From Promethearchaeota archaeon (GTDB lineage: Archaea; Asgardarchaeota; Lokiarchaeia; Sigyniarchaeales; SOKP01), in contig JAEOTP010000095.1 of the NCBI GenBank assembly GCA_016839765.1, positions 1-17,797 of the forward strand: a stretch of DNA of 17,797 nt, given 5' to 3'. Below the pieces are notes generated by a model that had not been told where the DNA came from, ran no database searches, and was given only the letters and a program-made list of their open reading frames with translations. Below, one piece after another: positions 1-9,226 of this stretch. The first letter of the stretch is position 1. Each line of letters begins with the position of its first letter. Made by a program: the position numbers and the translations under genes.

Positions 1-732
1 AAACTGCAATGCCCAATCTGCCATAGTCCTTTTAACCTTAGATCCATCCAAAATAACTTTAATTTCTGGTCTACTATCTAGTTTATTTTCTGGAATTGCT
101 AGCTTTCCGCCCCGAATTGGTTCCATAATAATTACAGCAATATCTTTACTAGCAGCATATCTTAAGCCTTTAAGTCCTGCTTGATAATTAATGTCAATAT
201 AATTATATTGAATTTGACAGCAGTCCCATGCATAATAATCAATAATCTCTTTAAATACCTCAAAATTATCATGAAATGAGAACCCTATATATTTAATTAA
301 ACCCTGATCCCTTAGTTCTTCCATTTTTTTAATTAAACCAAGATTCTTAATTTTTTCTAATCGATCCTTAGCTAAGCCATGAAATAAGTATAAATCCGGA
401 TTCGTTTGTAATCTTTTAACTTGTTTATTGAAATATTTATTAATATGTTCTGTTTTTCTAACTAACCACATTGGTACTTTTGTTGCTAGATAAACTTTCT
501 CACGATAACCATCTTTTAATGCTTTTCCTAGAAGTATTTCGCTCCGACCGCCATGATAAGGATAGGCAGTATCAACATAATTTACTCCTTGATCAATCGC
601 ATAACGAATCATTTTAATGGCCTCATCCTCAATAATTTGATACTTCTTATCCACAGGTAAGCGCATAGATCCAAAACCTAATGCAGATACCTCCCAACCT
701 AATGTACCCATTATCCTATACTTTATATTCAT
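1..732 (-). CDS. Aldo/keto reductase family protein, 3'-truncated by the window edge
   Basis: Not in the ORF track. Hand translation from the ATG at 732 gives MNIKYRIMGTLGWEVSALGFGSMRLP...AIKMIRYAIDQGVNYVDTAYPYHGGRSE..., which contains the AKR motifs LGFGxMRL and G(V/I)NY(V/F)DTAxxY (catalytic Asp/Tyr). The frame appears to stay open to position 1. Confidence 0.9.
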   Translation of the reverse strand, partial: MNIKYRIMGTLGWEVSALGFGSMRLPVDKKYQIIEDEAIKMIRYAIDQGVNYVDTAYPYHGGRSEILLGKALKDGYREKVYLATKVPMWLVRKTEHINKYFNKQVKRLQTNPDLYLFHGLAKDRLEKIKNLGLIKKMEELRDQGLIKYIGFSFHDNFEVFKEIIDYYAWDCCQIQYNYIDINYQAGLKGLRYAASKDIAVIIMEPIRGGKLAIPENKLDSRPEIKVILDGSKVKRTMADWALQF

Positions 733-914
733 CACTATAAAAGTCCTTTTTGTAGTTAGATTTGTGAAACATAATAACTTTACGCTTAATTAGAAACATA
801 TTTCATGCTTAATAACAAGAGTTTATTGTTGTTATGAAAATTGCTTGGAAATAATACAGTTTAAAATCCTTAAAACCCAAACATTATTAATATTTGCTGT
901 AATCTATTGTAATT

Positions 915-1898
915 ATGAATCTTAAAAAATTTGACATATTTTATATAATTGGCTTAGTTGCAACTACTATTTTTATGATACTGGAATTAATTTTTGAGTT
1001 TGTACCATTAGATTTCACTTTCTTAATATTCTTTTGGACAATGAAACTTCTTTCTGGTTTTGGCTTGATATTAACTATTGCGAACGGTATTTTATGGATT
1101 TTAAATCGGTTTACTGAAAAATTTGAAAAAAAACACGTTCAAGCTCTTGTAATTATTCAAGTGATAGTTCCAGCAATTTTTACTGGTTATGCAATTTATA
1201 GTATTTTCTCAAATTTACCACCCACAACTCCTTTGACAGGTCTGCGATATTGGTTTGACCTTTTATTGTTCCTTTATGGGATCATTTCTTTAATGACCTC
1301 ATTATATATAATTCCTTTAATTAGAGAAGAATTTCAAGAAGCTGTAGAACAAGGGTTAATAAAGCGGATTAAAAGTGGTGCTAAAAAAATAGGACGAGGG
1401 ATTAAGAAAAAATATTTTACTTGGAGAGGGAAGTATGCTAAGGTTCAAATTCAAGACCAAATGACCTTAGGAGAAGTACTTGAAATTTGGAGAAGTCGAT
1501 TTGCAGTATATTTACTCATACCTCTTGCCATAGGTTCACTAATTTTTACACCAGTAGCATTTATTTGTATTGTTTTCTGGTTAAAAATATTTATCCTTGA
1601 TAAAGGAGAACCAAAGCTTTATGAAAGAATAGCTTTAATAATATCTATGATTTGGATTACAATAATTGCATCACTGTCCTATGCCTTCGATTTAATATTC
1701 TATACATCAATAAAACCGTCATTCTGGACCATTCAAATATTTTTTCTTGCTGGAATTCTAATTTCTAGTGTTATATTCATTTATAGATTTGCTAAACTTA
1801 AAGGAATCACTATTAAAAAAATTAAAGAAGAAATCAAAGAGATAAAAGGTAAAATAACTAAAGAAGAGAAGGCTGAAGAAACAGAAAAGTCGGAATAA
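915..1898 (+). CDS. Hypothetical polytopic membrane protein (about 7-8 hydrophobic segments, basic central loop, charged C-terminal tail)
   Basis: 327-aa ORF with repeated long hydrophobic stretches and a Lys/Arg-rich loop (KRIKSGAKKIGRGIKKKYF). No recognisable family motif. Confidence 0.8.
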   Translation: MNLKKFDIFYIIGLVATTIFMILELIFEFVPLDFTFLIFFWTMKLLSGFGLILTIANGILWILNRFTEKFEKKHVQALVIIQVIVPAIFTGYAIYSIFSNLPPTTPLTGLRYWFDLLLFLYGIISLMTSLYIIPLIREEFQEAVEQGLIKRIKSGAKKIGRGIKKKYFTWRGKYAKVQIQDQMTLGEVLEIWRSRFAVYLLIPLAIGSLIFTPVAFICIVFWLKIFILDKGEPKLYERIALIISMIWITIIASLSYAFDLIFYTSIKPSFWTIQIFFLAGILISSVIFIYRFAKLKGITIKKIKEEIKEIKGKITKEEKAEETEKSE

Positions 1899-1988
1899 TA
1901 GTGAATATATAAAATTACTAAAATTCTTTTTAAATTTTTTTCATAAATTAAATTGAAAAGAAAAACATTAAGAAACCGAAATTATTTA

Positions 1989-2510
1989 TTATTCGGTAAA
2001 TGCTATATTTAACATCTTTTTTGTTAGGATTTCGAATAATTTTCCTACATTTTCACCAGTTTTGCTGGAACATTCGATAAAATCATCCAAATCCATAGAT
2101 CTAGCGACTCTTAAACCCTCTTCATAAGGTACTTCTCGAGATACTTCTAAATCTGCCTTACTACCGCTTAGAATAATTGGAAATTGCTTATTGGTTCCAT
2201 TCATAATCGATAACCAATCATAAACATGAGAAAGGGAGGCGTAACTAGTGATATCATACAACAAAATCCCCCCCATAGCACCACGAATATATTTAGGAAA
2301 GATAAACCGAAATCTTTCTTCGCCAGCAAAATCCCATACCATTAATTTGACTTGTATACTATCAATCGCAAGGTTTTTAGTGTCAAAATCAACTCCGATA
2401 GTCATTTGAGTGTCTGGGATAAATACGCCGGACATATATCTCTTTAATAAAGTGGTTTTACCACTACCTGCATCTCCAAAAATAACCACTTTAAAAATAG
2501 CATCATACAT
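1989..2510 (-). CDS. Rab-like small GTPase (Ras superfamily, Asgard type)
   Basis: G1 GDAGSGKT, G2/RabF1 TIGVDF, RabF2-like KLMVW, G3 WDFAGEE, RabF3-like RFRFIF, RabF4-like YIRGA, RabF5-like LLYDIT, G4 variant SKAD, G5 CSSK. No C-terminal Cys prenylation motif. Confidence 0.93.
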   Translation of the reverse strand: MYDAIFKVVIFGDAGSGKTTLLKRYMSGVFIPDTQMTIGVDFDTKNLAIDSIQVKLMVWDFAGEERFRFIFPKYIRGAMGGILLYDITSYASLSHVYDWLSIMNGTNKQFPIILSGSKADLEVSREVPYEEGLRVARSMDLDDFIECSSKTGENVGKLFEILTKKMLNIAFTE

Positions 2511-2625
2511 ATTTTTCTTTTTAAAACCTCAATATATTAGATAATTTTGTCGATATTCTAACTCAATAACATCTAAATAAAAATAAGCCTATTTAATCTT
2601 TTTTAAAGTGTTAATTTTTACTCTA

Positions 2626-3207
2626 TTACTTCAATTTTAGCCCTTCTTTAAAGACATTGAGGTTTATACTCAAAATATTTTCTGAAAATTTTTGAATTAA
2701 AGAGTTCTCAAGCTCTTTTTCATTTAATGGTAAAAATCTTACAATATATCCCAATATAACTATATTTGCTGTTTTTGGATTTTTGACTAGCTTTTCCGCT
2801 ATATTTGTCGCTGGAATTAAATAAATATTATTCGAATTTTCATGGAGAACATTAAATAAGTACTTTTCCGAGGGATATTCCACGTTAATTAATTTTTCTT
2901 CATATGTAGAAATAACCAATTTTGTACTTTTATCAGGTTTTGAATACTTTAAAACTTCCAAAATACAACTCTTCTCAGTCGCAATTATTATATCTGCTGT
3001 ACCTATTAGTGGTATTGGAGCTGTCAACATGCTTCCGAAGCGAAGGAAGCATACGACCCTACCACCTCTCTGACTAAGACCGTGGGTTTCAGCAGTTGTG
3101 ACTTTATATCCATTCTTCATCAATACATCTCCTAAAATTTGTAATAAACTGATTAAACCTTGTCCACCTATTCCAGTCATGACTATCGTATAATTATCGA
3201 ATATCAT
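2626..3207 (-). CDS. iorB: Indolepyruvate:ferredoxin oxidoreductase beta subunit
   Basis: Motifs GIGGQG, ETHGLSQRGG and NIVILG of the POR gamma/IorB fold. Its start overlaps the iorA stop (TAATG). Confidence 0.9.
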   Translation of the reverse strand: MIFDNYTIVMTGIGGQGLISLLQILGDVLMKNGYKVTTAETHGLSQRGGRVVCFLRFGSMLTAPIPLIGTADIIIATEKSCILEVLKYSKPDKSTKLVISTYEEKLINVEYPSEKYLFNVLHENSNNIYLIPATNIAEKLVKNPKTANIVILGYIVRFLPLNEKELENSLIQKFSENILSINLNVFKEGLKLK

Positions 3208-5153
3208 TATAAGTCCTCCCTCTTAATAGCGTCATTTGGGCAAATTTCTTCACAAATCCCACAACCTAAGCATAAGGTTGATTTAATATAGGCTGAATCA
3301 TCTTTTTCAATTATTGCAGGGCACAAAAATTGGTTATAACATAAACCACAATTTGTACATAATTCCATATTAACAGATCTAACTTCTGGTTTATAACGCT
3401 TAATTATTTTCTGGATACATTCATCTCTTACCACTATAACCTGCAAATTTTTATTTTCCAAAACATCAAGTCCTTTTTCATAGATAAGATCCTCTAATTT
3501 AGTTTCATACTCTTGTTCCACGCTTTTTTGATGAGTAATTACGCTAACAAGTGCACCAGTACCTTGTAAAAATTCAACCAATTTTATTGCCTGCTTAAAA
3601 AATCCCTCTTTATAATATCGAGTATCACTTCCGGGATGGGGTTGTTGTCCAGTCATTCCGATCCACCCATTGTCTAAAATCAATACTAAAATTGGAGCTT
3701 TATTATAGATTCCATTCAAGAGTGCAGATATTCCGGAATGAAAGAAAGTTCCGTCTCCTATTATCGCAATGTTTAGACTTCCATTGATTTGAGCAACGCC
3801 TTGGGCTAATGCTATGCTTGATCCCATACAATATTTAACATTAGCAAAAGATAGGGGCGGATATGCTAATAATGTATAGCAACCAATATCTTGATAAAAG
3901 TATATTTTCTTTCTGGTTTTTGATTTAATTTTAGCGGTTGCTTGTTTTATTGCAAATCCTGTTGTTCTATGTGGACATCCAGGGCATAGTCTGGGAATTC
4001 TTCCTAATAATTCATAATCTTTCCCTTCTATTAAGTTTAAATCGAATTTTGGTGTAATATTAGTGATTTTAATTAGCGCATGAGCAATCTTAGTAGGATT
4101 TAATTCTCCAACAAATGGTAATAATGAATCTTCTTTCGAATAAGCAAAAGGATCTTTTCCGTGAATTTTCACTTTAAGTCCTATTTTTTGAGCAATAGCT
4201 AAAACCTGGGTTTCGATATAACCGTCATTCTCTTCTACAACAAATACTTGTTGAAGGTGTTCAAGAAATTTTGCTATCTTTTGCGCTGGTAACGGATTTA
4301 TAAAGCCAATTTTTAAAATTGGTATTTTCAATTCAAGGAAATCCAATGCTTCACGAACATAACTGTATGATACACCACTAGTTATAATTCCCAATTCATA
4401 GTCATTTTTTACATTCTCATTTTCAATTTTATTTATTGAACTATTCTCTGACATTTCCAATGCTCGATTCATTCTAATATATATCTGATCTTCCTTTAAC
4501 TTTAGAAAATAAAGTCTTGACGCTACATTAGCTTCCTTCGATAAGTCAAAATCATCTTGAATTTCTGATTGCTTTATTTTTCCAATGATAACATTACTTC
4601 TGGCATGAGAAACCATCGTAACTGTTCTTATTATGACTGGGAGTTTTAATTCTCTTGAAATTTCAAATGCCCTTTTTGTAAACTCTAAGCATTCTTGAGG
4701 ATTGCTTGGTTCTAGGGCTGGTATCTTAAAAAGCTTTAAGTAATTTCTTGAATCCATTTCTACGGCACTAGAATGTTGTTGAGGATCATCAGCAACTAAA
4801 ATAACTAAAGCCGAATTCTTGTTTTTTGGATGTGTAGTTACAAGCGCAAATAAAGGGTCAGAAGCAACATTTAATCCTACATTCTTCATACCCACCATAG
4901 CACTTGCTCCTCTAGCATACGCAGCACCTGCAACTTCCATCGCAACCTTTTCGTTAATACTGCTTTCCACCCATTTCATTCCAACTTTCTTAAAAGTTTC
5001 CATAAAAGCCTCTCCAACTTCAGAGCTGGGTGTGCCAGGATAATAAGTGTATACATCTATTCCACTTTCCAAAGCACCGCGTACAATTGCTTCGTTTCCT
5101 AAAAAGAATTTTTCAGTCCCAGGTTTGCCTATAACAATTTTATTATAACTCAT
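3207..5153 (-). CDS. iorA: Indolepyruvate:ferredoxin oxidoreductase alpha subunit
   Basis: LGNEAIVRG, YPGTPSSE, NEKVAME, KNVGLNVASD, CPGCPH, DIGCYTL, the TPP motif GDGTFFHSG...LDN, MTGQQ, and two C-terminal CxxCxxC...CP 4Fe-4S motifs. Confidence 0.95.
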   Translation of the reverse strand: MSYNKIVIGKPGTEKFFLGNEAIVRGALESGIDVYTYYPGTPSSEVGEAFMETFKKVGMKWVESSINEKVAMEVAGAAYARGASAMVGMKNVGLNVASDPLFALVTTHPKNKNSALVILVADDPQQHSSAVEMDSRNYLKLFKIPALEPSNPQECLEFTKRAFEISRELKLPVIIRTVTMVSHARSNVIIGKIKQSEIQDDFDLSKEANVASRLYFLKLKEDQIYIRMNRALEMSENSSINKIENENVKNDYELGIITSGVSYSYVREALDFLELKIPILKIGFINPLPAQKIAKFLEHLQQVFVVEENDGYIETQVLAIAQKIGLKVKIHGKDPFAYSKEDSLLPFVGELNPTKIAHALIKITNITPKFDLNLIEGKDYELLGRIPRLCPGCPHRTTGFAIKQATAKIKSKTRKKIYFYQDIGCYTLLAYPPLSFANVKYCMGSSIALAQGVAQINGSLNIAIIGDGTFFHSGISALLNGIYNKAPILVLILDNGWIGMTGQQPHPGSDTRYYKEGFFKQAIKLVEFLQGTGALVSVITHQKSVEQEYETKLEDLIYEKGLDVLENKNLQVIVVRDECIQKIIKRYKPEVRSVNMELCTNCGLCYNQFLCPAIIEKDDSAYIKSTLCLGCGICEEICPNDAIKREDL

Positions 5154-5316
5154 AGCTTTTCGAGCTCAAATTCACAATTTATTTGTATATTAAGAAAGAT
5201 TCTGTATGCAATAAATCTTTACAATTTCATGATAAAAATTGTTAAATATCAATCAATAATCATCTTTTTTATAAAACTCATTATTGGAATTACATCAAAA
5301 AAATTGAGATTATCAT

Positions 5317-6156
5317 ATGAAACATTTAGAAGGAGTATTTGAAGGAGTAAAAGGATTAAAAATTTATTATCAAGCTTGGCTTCCCGAATCCTCAATAGCT
5401 GTTATTCAACTTGTACATGGAGGATTTGAACATTCAGGCAGATATAAAAATGTTGTAGATGAGTTAATCCCGTGTAATTATGCAATTTACGCCAATGATC
5501 ATCGTGGTCACGGCAGATCCGAAGGACTAAGGAATTATATAGATTCTTTTGACCAATACATAGAAGATGAGAAAATTTTATATGATTTAATAAAAGGATT
5601 CCATCCTAATCTGCCAATATTTATGTTGGGTCATTCACTAGGTTCATATATTGCCATTTATTTTACAAAGAAATATGAACACTTTTTAGATGGGCTTATT
5701 CTTTCAGGTACGGGAACAGAGCCAGGTAAAGAAACTAGTGGATTCCTAAAAGTAATAGCTAAAGCTTTCTCAAAAATAGCCCCTAAAATGAAGTTTAACC
5801 CTAGAATTGATCCTAAATTTTTAAGCCACGATCCAGAAGTCGTGAAAAAATATGGAAATGATCCTTTAGTAAATGCCAAGAAAATCACCGCCAGATTAAG
5901 TTATGAAATGCTAACTAATTTCAAAAATCTCAAATCATTTATAGGTAATTTTAAAATTAATTTATTAGTTCAGTGTGGATCAGAAGATAAATTAATTAAA
6001 GGAAGCGAAAATCTGAAAAATTTGTTTAAAATGCCAGATAAAACCATTAAAATCTATGAAGGTTTGTACCATGAAGTATATAACGAAATGGAAGAAGACC
6101 GAATAAAAGTTTTAAAAGACCTTAGCAATTGGTTAAACAACCATGTTTCTCAATGA
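5317..6156 (+). CDS. Alpha/beta hydrolase, monoacylglycerol lipase/lysophospholipase (Hydrolase_4) family
   Basis: VHGGFEHSGRY, DHRGHGRS, nucleophile elbow GHSLG, GSEDKL (catalytic Asp) and YHEVYNE (catalytic His). Confidence 0.92.
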   Translation: MKHLEGVFEGVKGLKIYYQAWLPESSIAVIQLVHGGFEHSGRYKNVVDELIPCNYAIYANDHRGHGRSEGLRNYIDSFDQYIEDEKILYDLIKGFHPNLPIFMLGHSLGSYIAIYFTKKYEHFLDGLILSGTGTEPGKETSGFLKVIAKAFSKIAPKMKFNPRIDPKFLSHDPEVVKKYGNDPLVNAKKITARLSYEMLTNFKNLKSFIGNFKINLLVQCGSEDKLIKGSENLKNLFKMPDKTIKIYEGLYHEVYNEMEEDRIKVLKDLSNWLNNHVSQ

Positions 6157-6266
6157 TTTAGAATCTTTTTTGGAAAAACCATATTTTCCTTAATAATTCA
6201 CATACATTTTATTATTCATTACTGAATTTAGGTAAATTTTATAAACATATAATAATCAAGTATTTA

Positions 6267-6692
6267 TCATAGTAGAGTTCTTGAAGTACTAGATTGATTA
6301 GATTTCTCCATATAGTCATTATATTCTTTTACCTTTTTTTTAATTCTTTTAATTAAATATGCGGGAAACTCGTCGAATGGTTTATCCTTAAACTTTTTAT
6401 AACACGAACAACAGAATTTCAATTCAAAAACTTCAAAATTTTTATGAAATTTATGGTTTTTTCCTGCTAAGCTGTCAAGTTTTTTTTCACAATTAATACA
6501 ATAATCAAAAAAATTGAATATTTTTAATTTTCCAAGCTCTTTCTCTAACTTTTGAGCTAGTCCCATTTCTTTTAATAAAAATTGTTTAATTGCTACTCGG
6601 AGAAGTTCTGATCTACTCGCACATGTGCGAGAACTTATTTCTTCTATTAACTTTATATATGAATCTGGTACATTAGCTGTAACTATTTTCAT
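6267..6692 (-). CDS. CopG/ribbon-helix-helix regulator with a C-terminal putative Zn-binding Cys cluster
   Basis: The N-terminus MKIVTANVP...SRSELLRVAIKQFL fits the RHH pattern. CINC and CCSC motifs occur downstream. Confidence 0.8.
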   Translation of the reverse strand: MKIVTANVPDSYIKLIEEISSRTCASRSELLRVAIKQFLLKEMGLAQKLEKELGKLKIFNFFDYCINCEKKLDSLAGKNHKFHKNFEVFELKFCCSCYKKFKDKPFDEFPAYLIKRIKKKVKEYNDYMEKSNQSSTSRTLL

Positions 6693-6752
6693 AATACTAC
6701 TTCTTTTTAAAAATAAATTCCTCTTTCATTGAATATATAGATGCAATCTGCC

Positions 6753-6760
6753 TTTATAAA
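6753..6760 (-). promoter_or_regulatory. Candidate archaeal TATA box (TTTATAAA) for the RHH gene
   Basis: TTTATAAA about 60 nt upstream of the RHH ATG, preceded on the minus strand by a purine-rich BRE-like GGTAAAAAC. The AT-rich background lowers confidence. Confidence 0.35.
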
Positions 6761-6788
6761 CGTTTTTACCTTTCCAATCATTTATAAG

Positions 6789-6843
6789 TTGGCTAAAATT
6801 ATTTTTTTCATTATTAAATATAATATGAAAATATTTTAGCCAA
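6789..6843. repeat. Inverted repeat / long imperfect hairpin
   Basis: Perfect 11-bp arms TTGGCTAAAAT (6789-6799) and ATTTTAGCCAA (6833-6843), with further internal pairing TTTTCA/TGAAAA and TATTA/TAATA. Confidence 0.75.
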
Positions 6844-6875
6844 TTAAAGAGTATAAAAAAATTTCTTATTGAAGC

Positions 6876-7307
6876 CTAATCTTTTATTGATTTTGCCCTT
6901 ACTTCCATAATCGCTTTATAACCTAGAGCTGACCAGGTAGCCTTACCTTCCTCATTATTGACTCTAACTACTAAATCCACAGTTTCCACACCCTTAGCTT
7001 TCAAATATTCAATAACACTTTGCTCTAATACTTTTAATATTCCCTGTCTGCGATATTCAAGCTCTATATAAGCGTCAGAAATTGCAGCACTTTTCTTAGT
7101 TTTTATTTCAAAAGCAATAGTGCCCACTAAGGTATCATTCACCGTAGCAACGTAGATAAAATAGTCGTTCTTACGTAGTCTCTGGTTAATATAATTTATC
7201 ATCATTTCCTGAGTTCCTCCTACATTCATCGTATGACGTCTTAATTTTAAGTATAGGTTTGCTAACTTAGGAATATCCTTATCTTCTAAAAAACGAATGT
7301 TTACCAT
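6876..7307 (-). CDS. GNAT-family N-acetyltransferase
   Basis: Acetyl-CoA motif A, AYIELEYRRQGI, and motif B-like NEEGKATWSALGY. 143 aa. Confidence 0.88.
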   Translation of the reverse strand: MVNIRFLEDKDIPKLANLYLKLRRHTMNVGGTQEMMINYINQRLRKNDYFIYVATVNDTLVGTIAFEIKTKKSAAISDAYIELEYRRQGILKVLEQSVIEYLKAKGVETVDLVVRVNNEEGKATWSALGYKAIMEVRAKSIKD

Positions 7308-7321
7308 TTGTGTCTTTTACC

Positions 7322-7819
7322 TTACATCTTTATTTTACTTAAAATATCATCAAGATAATAGATATTTTCCTGTTCAACTTCTCCCTTTAATGTGTTTGCT
7401 AAAGAGTATCGAAACGCCCACAATTCCACTTTTTTATTTAATTTCTTTACTTTCTTAACAACAGGTACAAAATCTCCATCTCCAGATACCAATACCGCCG
7501 TATCGTATGCGTTTTCATATGCAAGAGAGACAATATCAATCGCAATTTTAATATCAATTTTTTTTTCAATCGCATCATTAAAAGAAATTTTATCAAAACT
7601 CGCTTTAATCACGTATCCACTTTTATTGCTCAAATCCTTATACCACTTTTTTTTCTCTGGGCTCATGGGATAGATTACACCTTCATATAAAAATATACCA
7701 TTTAGTTTTCGTCCTTGCGTTATAATGTTTTTTAGCTTTTCATAATCTGCCTTGATAGTATACTTTCTAAAGCCCTTGAAAATATTACTATTATCTATGA
7801 ATACTACGATTTGTTCCAT
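7322..7819 (-). CDS. NYN (LabA/DUF88, PIN-like) domain putative nuclease
   Basis: VFIDNSNI, EKKIDIKIAIDI and LVSGDGDFVP carry the conserved acidic residues of the NYN family. Confidence 0.92.
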   Translation of the reverse strand: MEQIVVFIDNSNIFKGFRKYTIKADYEKLKNIITQGRKLNGIFLYEGVIYPMSPEKKKWYKDLSNKSGYVIKASFDKISFNDAIEKKIDIKIAIDIVSLAYENAYDTAVLVSGDGDFVPVVKKVKKLNKKVELWAFRYSLANTLKGEVEQENIYYLDDILSKIKM

Positions 7820-7859
7820 AGAAAAACCATTTATTAGATTAAAAAAGTAAAAAATCTTA

Positions 7860-8570
7860 TTATATTGAACCCTTGGAGAAAGTTTCTTTTAGAGAATTTG
7901 GTTTCTCAAACATAAGTTCAAATATCTCTTTTGCCCTCTTTTTGATTTGTTCCTTTTTAAGAGAATTATTTTTCAGATGCTTTTTATTTCTCCTCTCAGC
8001 AGTCTTTCTCCATTTCTTTTCCCAAGAGGGAAACCCCGTCTTGACGAAATATTCGCGATTTGGAAAGTCTCGGCACACCCAATCAAATAAAACAAAATAT
8101 CTCTGTGCACCAGATTCTTTTGTAAGCTTATTGGAAGTTATTCCAAGTTTTCTAAGGTGCTGAATAAATCTACCTTCCACAGCATCTTGAAGCTCTCCTT
8201 CTATGATAGCAGGTTCATAATATATGTTATTTTCATTAAAGTATTCTCTAACAAGATTAAAACAATCACCTCTACATAGAAGTATCCTATCTCCCTTGCC
8301 GTGATTAAGTATTTTAAGAGTCTTCATTACAACCTTTATTATATGTTTTTTAGGGCGATCAACGTCCTTATTATCTTTATTATAGAGACCCACGGGAACT
8401 GATTGAAATATTATCTTTCCGCTTACCGTGTCTCGGAACCCAATGAAAGCATCCCCGACGAGATCTCCAGTCCCAGCATCATCAATCTCTATTGTTCTTC
8501 CATTCCACTCGCTGGGATTATTAGAGGATTGGCACGATTCATCATCGTCTTTATTTTTTTTTATCTTCAT
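7860..8570 (-). CDS. Conserved hypothetical protein with an RNase HII-like N-terminal motif (putative RNase H-fold nuclease)
   Basis: IEIDDAGTGDLVG resembles the RNase HII GIDEAGRG(P)xxG signature. It also has CRG, IEGELQD and KTGFPSW motifs. The functional call is an inference. Confidence 0.6.
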   Translation of the reverse strand: MKIKKNKDDDESCQSSNNPSEWNGRTIEIDDAGTGDLVGDAFIGFRDTVSGKIIFQSVPVGLYNKDNKDVDRPKKHIIKVVMKTLKILNHGKGDRILLCRGDCFNLVREYFNENNIYYEPAIIEGELQDAVEGRFIQHLRKLGITSNKLTKESGAQRYFVLFDWVCRDFPNREYFVKTGFPSWEKKWRKTAERRNKKHLKNNSLKKEQIKKRAKEIFELMFEKPNSLKETFSKGSI

Positions 8571-8705
8571 TACTAATCTAAATGTCTGGGCTCATAAATA
8601 AATTATGAATTCCCCTTTTCTTCCCTAAAATAATCTTCGATATTCTTTATTTTTATCTTAAAAATGCATAGATTTAAATAGCCACATAAGGATTATTAAG
8701 TTGGA

Positions 8706-9212
8706 TTGAAAGTTGATGTAATATCTCGAAAATACGGTTGGTATTTAGCCAAAATAACTGCCAGTATTGAGAATTTTAAGAATATAGTTGCCACTAGTTT
8801 AGAAACTATAACGAAATATAACTTAAATTCTGGTAGATATATCAAGATAAGTAGTTTAATACAAGCTCATTCTAAGAGAAGATTTTTAGATAAATTTATA
8901 TTATTACCCTATTTTCGAGAATTTATTAGAAATTACTGTTTATTGCAAGACGTTATTCAATCGCTCACTAATGCGACCTTTCAATATGTTGATAAGGAAT
9001 ATATAAGTGAGATAATTCAATTAATGAGCACCTTTTATCAGGCAAGAAATGACAAGAAAGGCGTAAGATTAAGCGAATTACTTGAATTTGATGAAAAAGA
9101 TAACTATCAAATGAAAATTGCGGTGCCAGAATCTTGGCTAAATGAACACAGCGTAGATTTAGGAGAAATAGTATTATTAAGAAATGATGTACCTTCACCA
9201 GTTATTTTATAA
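8706..9212 (+). CDS. Hypothetical protein (TTG start, uncertain)
   Basis: 168-codon ORF that fills the gap between neighbouring genes in AT-rich DNA. No motif recognised. Confidence 0.6.
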   Translation: MKVDVISRKYGWYLAKITASIENFKNIVATSLETITKYNLNSGRYIKISSLIQAHSKRRFLDKFILLPYFREFIRNYCLLQDVIQSLTNATFQYVDKEYISEIIQLMSTFYQARNDKKGVRLSELLEFDEKDNYQMKIAVPESWLNEHSVDLGEIVLLRNDVPSPVIL

Positions 9213-9226
9213 AATGATTATAAACC

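Noticed and set aside
4819-5043. 74-aa plus-strand ORF
   Set aside because: Antisense shadow inside iorA.
5221-5242. ACAATTT/AAATTGT inverted repeat between the divergent iorA and lipase genes
   Set aside because: 7-bp AT-rich arms are plausible by chance at this base composition.
5658-5888. 76-aa minus-strand ORF
   Set aside because: Antisense shadow inside the lipase gene.
7392-8163. Plus-strand ORFs 7392-7673 and 7873-8163
   Set aside because: Antisense shadows of the NYN and RNase H-like genes.
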